Below, piece after piece: positions 59,416 to 64,000 of a stretch of 64,000 nt of DNA. The first letter of the stretch is position 1. Each line of letters begins with the position of its first letter. A program made the position numbers and the translations under genes. Source of the DNA: Malacoraja senta (Eukaryota). The notes under the pieces were generated by a model that saw only the letters and a program-made list of their open reading frames with translations, made no database searches and was not told the origin of the DNA. The stretch covers positions 1,364,001 to 1,428,000 of the forward strand of contig CM076000.1 of NCBI GenBank assembly GCA_038087875.1. Reading direction: 5' to 3'.

Positions 59416-60773
59416 CTAGACTAAGTGGGGTCCGTTGGGTCCCATGTTCACACGGGAGGGCTGGTCCCACAACACAATATTCCACCTCTCCACCAGTTCC
59501 AATATTGGTGGCTAGTGGGGGGGGGGGGGCTTTCTGGAGCGCTAGTATGGGTTGTGAGCTGAAGGGACTGGTTTCCAGAGGGCTAGTATGGACATTGTGG
59601 ACTGAATGGATTCTTGGCTGGCGGCTCAGTCACTCAAGCCTGTTGTGCTGGCAGCTCACTCACTCACGGCTGGTGGGCTGGCAGTTGACTCACGGCTATT
59701 CCTTGAAATTCCATTTCAAGCAGGGTGCAAGGCCACCAAATTCAAGTGCAGTTTCTTACCACTTCAAGCAGTGTGCAAGGCCACCAAATTCAAGTGCAGT
59801 TTCATACCACTTCAAGCAGGGTGCAAGTCCACCAAAGACAGCGAGTCATGACCTCTCCCTCCTCCATCTTGCAGAGACTGAGCTATGCCCACACTTCTGG
59901 GTTTTATATTCCCTCCCCCTCCCACCAGAGGGGCGTGGCCTTCATGGCGTGATTGACTGGAGAGAGAATCTCAACATTTTTTAAACACTAATAACTCTTT
60001 TATTTTTCATCGATGGGAAAAATCCTCGGCATCTGATGAGCGGAGGGGGACTCTGAGTAAATGGCCAAAAATCACAGCCGTACGTGGTAGCGTTTTTTCT
60101 AAAATCAATATAAAGCGCAAACAGGAAGTGGTCAGGATTGGACTTTTAATTATATAGAAGGCAAGGCAACTTTAATTAGGCAAGGCAACTTTAATTAGGC
60201 AAGGCAACTTTAATTAGGCAAGGCAACTTTAATTAGGCAACACAGCTTTAGCATTTCCAAATCAAAGGCAACACAGCTTTAGCATTTCCAAACCAAAGGC
60301 AACACAGCTTTAGCATTTCCAAACCAAAGGCAACACAGCTTTAGCATTTTCAAACTATATTTTCAAACCACATTAAGGGCACTGACAGGTCAGTAAAACC
60401 ACTCACAGTTTAGTAGACATGTGTTCAGTGTTATTCACAGCTCAGACTTAGAGACGTGACCCTCTCGCTCCCCCATGTTGCAGAGACTGACTGAGGCACT
60501 CAACACTTCCGGGTTTTATAGTCCCTCCGGAAGAGGAGTGGCCTTCAGGAGAGAGAATCTCAACATTTTAAAAACACATAACTGTTTTATTTTTTATGTA
60601 TTATATATTATATATTATTTTATATTTATGGGAAAAATCCTCTTGTCCTGCGCAGCGGAGGGGGACTCTGAGTAAGATGGCCAAAAATCACAGCCGTAAG
60701 TGGCAGCATTTTTTCTAAAATCAATATACAGAACAACAGGAAGTGGTCAAGATCAGAATTTTAGTAATATAGA
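59416..60773 (-). mobile_element. Non-autonomous Helitron with both termini and a duplicated 5' region
   Basis: The minus strand starts A|TCTATATTACTAAAATTCTGATCTTG (60773) and ends with the GC hairpin ..CTTAGTCTAG|T (59416). A second 5'-end copy lies at about 60158. Confidence 0.85.
60159..60352. repeat. Tandem arrays inside the Helitron: 19-bp (AGGCAAGGCAACTTTAATT)x4, then about 31-bp (CAACACAGCTTTAGCATTTCCAAACCAAAGG)x4
   Basis: Read directly from the sequence. Confidence 0.9.
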
Positions 60774-62261
60774 TGTTGTGCAGACAAACATGACATCCAT
60801 TTTGCACAGAGGTAAATTTTCATCTGATATGCTCATAAATCCTATGCAAAAAAACTGAAATTCTTGTTTATGAAAAATATCCTCAAATTGCTGAAATATT
60901 TTCCAAATATAGCAATCCTCAAATTTGTTAGATGTTGTGTAATTCATGACATGTCATAAACCTGTGAAAAATCATTTTTCATTGAATATACCAGAATTTC
61001 TAGGAAATGTGTGCAGGTTGATTTAATATGCAGAAATCCCAGAAGATCATAGCACTATTACTTTCATCTATTACTAGTGCCATTCTACAATTTGTCCATA
61101 ATGACACTGACGTTGTTGTGTCTTTTTCCTCACCAAAATAGTTCAACAACTAATTAAAACAGATTCACTATCAAATAAAATCAATTGAAATCAATCGTTC
61201 TGAAATTTAGTTTGCTACCTTAGCACCCTTGCCAATTAGATGGTGATGCTGTGGGTGCTGAGCATGCCTGATATACCAGAAGCAATCTTTTTTTTGGCAA
61301 ATGTGCAGATATTTTAACAAATTGAGATTATCCTGGTCATAAACCTGTCTCAGCGATGATGTTGCATGTAAACAATGTAATTGCCACTTGCAATTATAAA
61401 GGTCAGCACAGTGACGCAGCGGAAGAGTTGCTGCCTTACAGCGCCAGAGACCCTGTTTCCACATTGTATCTCTAAACTAAACTAAACCAAATATGATTTA
61501 TTTATAATACATAATGTATGATTTAAATCTAAAGATTCATTGGCTTTTACCAGTTTAAAGAATAATATTAACTTTGGAAGAATATATGATGTTATTGTGA
61601 TAGGACTAGAAATATTTACTGCAAAATGAAAATATGTTGGATATGGTTTCAATATCAGCAATTATTGATTTAAACTAAATGACAATTTATCAGCATGCTT
61701 GCGTACTTATGAGTGATTTCAAACTTTTGCAGTTGTCTTGTGTTATTTGTCACAAATATAAATTTTCACGACTGCATTAGTTTATTTTCTAATTAAATTC
61801 TAATGATATCTACTGTACCAGCTAAATAATCAAATTCAGCTTAAAGTCATGGTGTACGCAAATGAAAGGAATCATGTGAAAGCAGAATACATCTAATATA
61901 TAACGTGTGTGTCTGTTTGTTTATATCTCTATGAAGTTTTAATTAAGCAAAGGGAAGCTTCATTCAATAATAAGAAACGGATTCTCTATTTACCACCTAG
62001 TACTGCAATGTGTGTGCCATAGAACACATTTCCATCCTCAGCCAGATAATAATAGCATGCTTCTGATTCACTGCTTTGATCTCTACAGTGCACTGCAATT
62101 ATTTTCTCATTAACCTTTGCACAAATTCACTATCAGAGGATAGAAATATGGAATAATCTACAAATCAATTTAATGTCCTCAGAAAGAAAGTACCATTTTT
62201 ATGCTCAAATTCATCTGAAGACACACTTTAGTCAACCTCTTCATAAATTAAGTTCCTTTAC

Positions 62262-62348
62262 CTTTCAAACTGCTTATTGGTCATGAGGGAGGAGTACTGA
62301 CCATACAGAGGAGAATGTGGTCTCACGCGTATTCCCTCATAGTGATAT
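62262..62348 (-). CDS. RFX8: RFX8 DNA-binding-domain exon (RYHYEGIRVRPHSPLYGQYSSLMTNKQFES)
   Basis: Acceptor TTTTTGTAG|A, donor AAG|GTAAAG. Contains the RFX DBD motif YHY.GI. Confidence 0.95.
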
Positions 62349-63911
62349 CTACAAAAAGACAATTACTTTTATATTATTATCACCAACAACTTTGCGTTTT
62401 AATGCAATAATATGCCACATTAATTTCATATATGTATTTCTGCATTCCTTATCAAATATCCTTAATATGCATCTGTGTTTTCTAGACAGGTCTAAGCAAA
62501 ATTATTTAAGGTAATACACAAAATCAAATTAAGTAAACAATCAAATGAAGTTAAAGAAACTCATAACACAAGTTTACAACACCAATTGAGACCTTGATAA
62601 TGAAGCATTTGTAATAAAAGTTGATCATTAAGACTTAAAAATTGTATTGCATATACAAGTGAGTGTTAAAGTAGCACTGCACAGAGGCCTCTCAGGCTGC
62701 TGTTTATCATTGCGTGTATGACGCAAGGCATTGTGTTGCATGTACAAGATGCGCATGTGTTGCATGCACAAACAAAGAAAAGGTCTTTCCTGCACAGAGT
62801 CATGTGAGGGAAATCAGTTTTGTAAGTTTGGAAGGGCAAATGCAAGTGTCCTTAATGTTATGGGCAAGTGTCAATAACCTTACTTTTATTTGGCATTTAT
62901 TGGGAGAAGACCATGCTCCATTTGTGCACAGCCTTGTTCCTCTGTAACCCCTTGACATTTCAATAATCGCAGTTTCTATAAGTAGTGTGTTATGGAATGG
63001 AATGGGTTTGGGAGCGGGGGAGAGGATCTCAGGGACAGAGAGGATCAGAAGTATTTCATGCAGGAGATGTCAAAGCAGGTCTTTGATAATGTTTGATATT
63101 ACTACACATACAGTGTGACCTCTGTGGTATAATACATAAACAAATAAATAACTAAATCTAAAATCAAAAGTTAATTTCAATAAGGGTGGCCATGTAGCAA
63201 CCAGATTGACAAAATAAATAGTTTGTTATCTAATTTATTTCAAGGAAGGAAATCTACCATGCTTAGATGTGTCTCCAGCCCCACAGCAAACTGGATGCGT
63301 TTTAATTGTCTTCTGAAAGGGCCAAGCAAACAATTGAGTATGGAGCAACTAGGGATGAATTATAAGTGGTGGCCATGCCAATGGCACTCACATTTCATGA
63401 ATTAATTAATTTTGAAAAATTCAAATAGTGTCCTATCTGGACTCAAAGTACCAAATTATGTTTGCCAAGTTTTTCTTTCAAAAAATCCTAGAACTGCAAG
63501 GCTCATGAGTTCTTGACAGTGAGAAGAGAAGCCTTCAACTTAATATCCCTCATTGGGGTAGGATGGGCAATTGGCCTGCTAATTTGCAATTTTCTAATAG
63601 AAATGTTTGACATAGGTTTTGAAATTGTTCTTGGAAGTGAAACTGTGTCAGGCATAGTCTCTCCACTGGGTCCCCATCTGTATGCGGATGCATTTATTTT
63701 CTCTCTTTATCCCTCTCTCTTTACTGTTCCAAACAGCGCCATATCAGCATCAGTGATTAGATGTTCAATTTTTTAATAATCAATAGGTCATGACAATTTA
63801 TGAATTATGTTCCCCTCTTTGGAGAGGCTGCCTGACCTGTTGTGTACTTCCTGAATTTACTGTTTTTAATTCAGATTTATACTTCTAAAGTATTATCCTT
63901 TCGTTCAATAC

Positions 63912-63973
63912 CTTGCACATCCTCTTGTTCCCAATCGTCTAGTTCTCAAATCAGTAAATACTGAACGAACGAG
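63912..63973 (-). CDS. RFX8: RFX8 DNA-binding-domain exon (LVRSVFTDLRTRRLGTRGCAR); upstream exons lie beyond the window
   Basis: Strong polypyrimidine acceptor TTTTATAG|CTC, donor CAAG|GTATTG. Contains the hallmark RFX motif TRRLGTRG. Confidence 0.96.
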
Positions 63974-64000
63974 CTATAAAAGAAAGAAAATTAGTAATAT

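Noticed and set aside
60159..60352. CRISPR-like regular repeats
   Set aside because: Head-to-tail tandem units without unique spacers, in a eukaryotic Helitron context.
63187..63202. X-box-like GTGGCCATGTAGCAAC in an RFX8 intron (possible autoregulation)
   Set aside because: The spacer is longer than in the canonical X-box, so a chance match is likely.

Overview
Vertebrate genomic DNA, most likely a cartilaginous fish (skate/ray-like), inferred from HE1-type V-SINEs and abundant CR1 LINEs. Two host genes lie head-to-tail on the minus strand. RFX8 has 13 coding exons in the window (63973 down to 17663, about 496 aa), including the second half of an apparently intact RFX DNA-binding domain; its first exons lie beyond 64000. 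CREG2 is represented only by coding exon 1 (15139-14669); later exons were not found and presumably lie below coordinate 1. The RFX8-CREG2 order matches human chr2q11.2. The introns are dense with transposable elements. These include a young L1 with both ORFs intact (26671-32803) flanked by an apparently identical 459-bp direct repeat (a giant target-site duplication), a second truncated L1 with an ordinary 14-bp TSD, and nested CR1 LINEs. There is also a decayed endogenous retrovirus with a gag remnant and one LTR, three non-autonomous Helitron relatives, hAT MITEs, Rex1/Babar-like fragments, and many Penelope-derived short repeats carrying a minimal hammerhead-ribozyme core. No prokaryotic features (CRISPR, operons) are present. 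All identifications come from reading the sequence and recalled family motifs; no searches were run.
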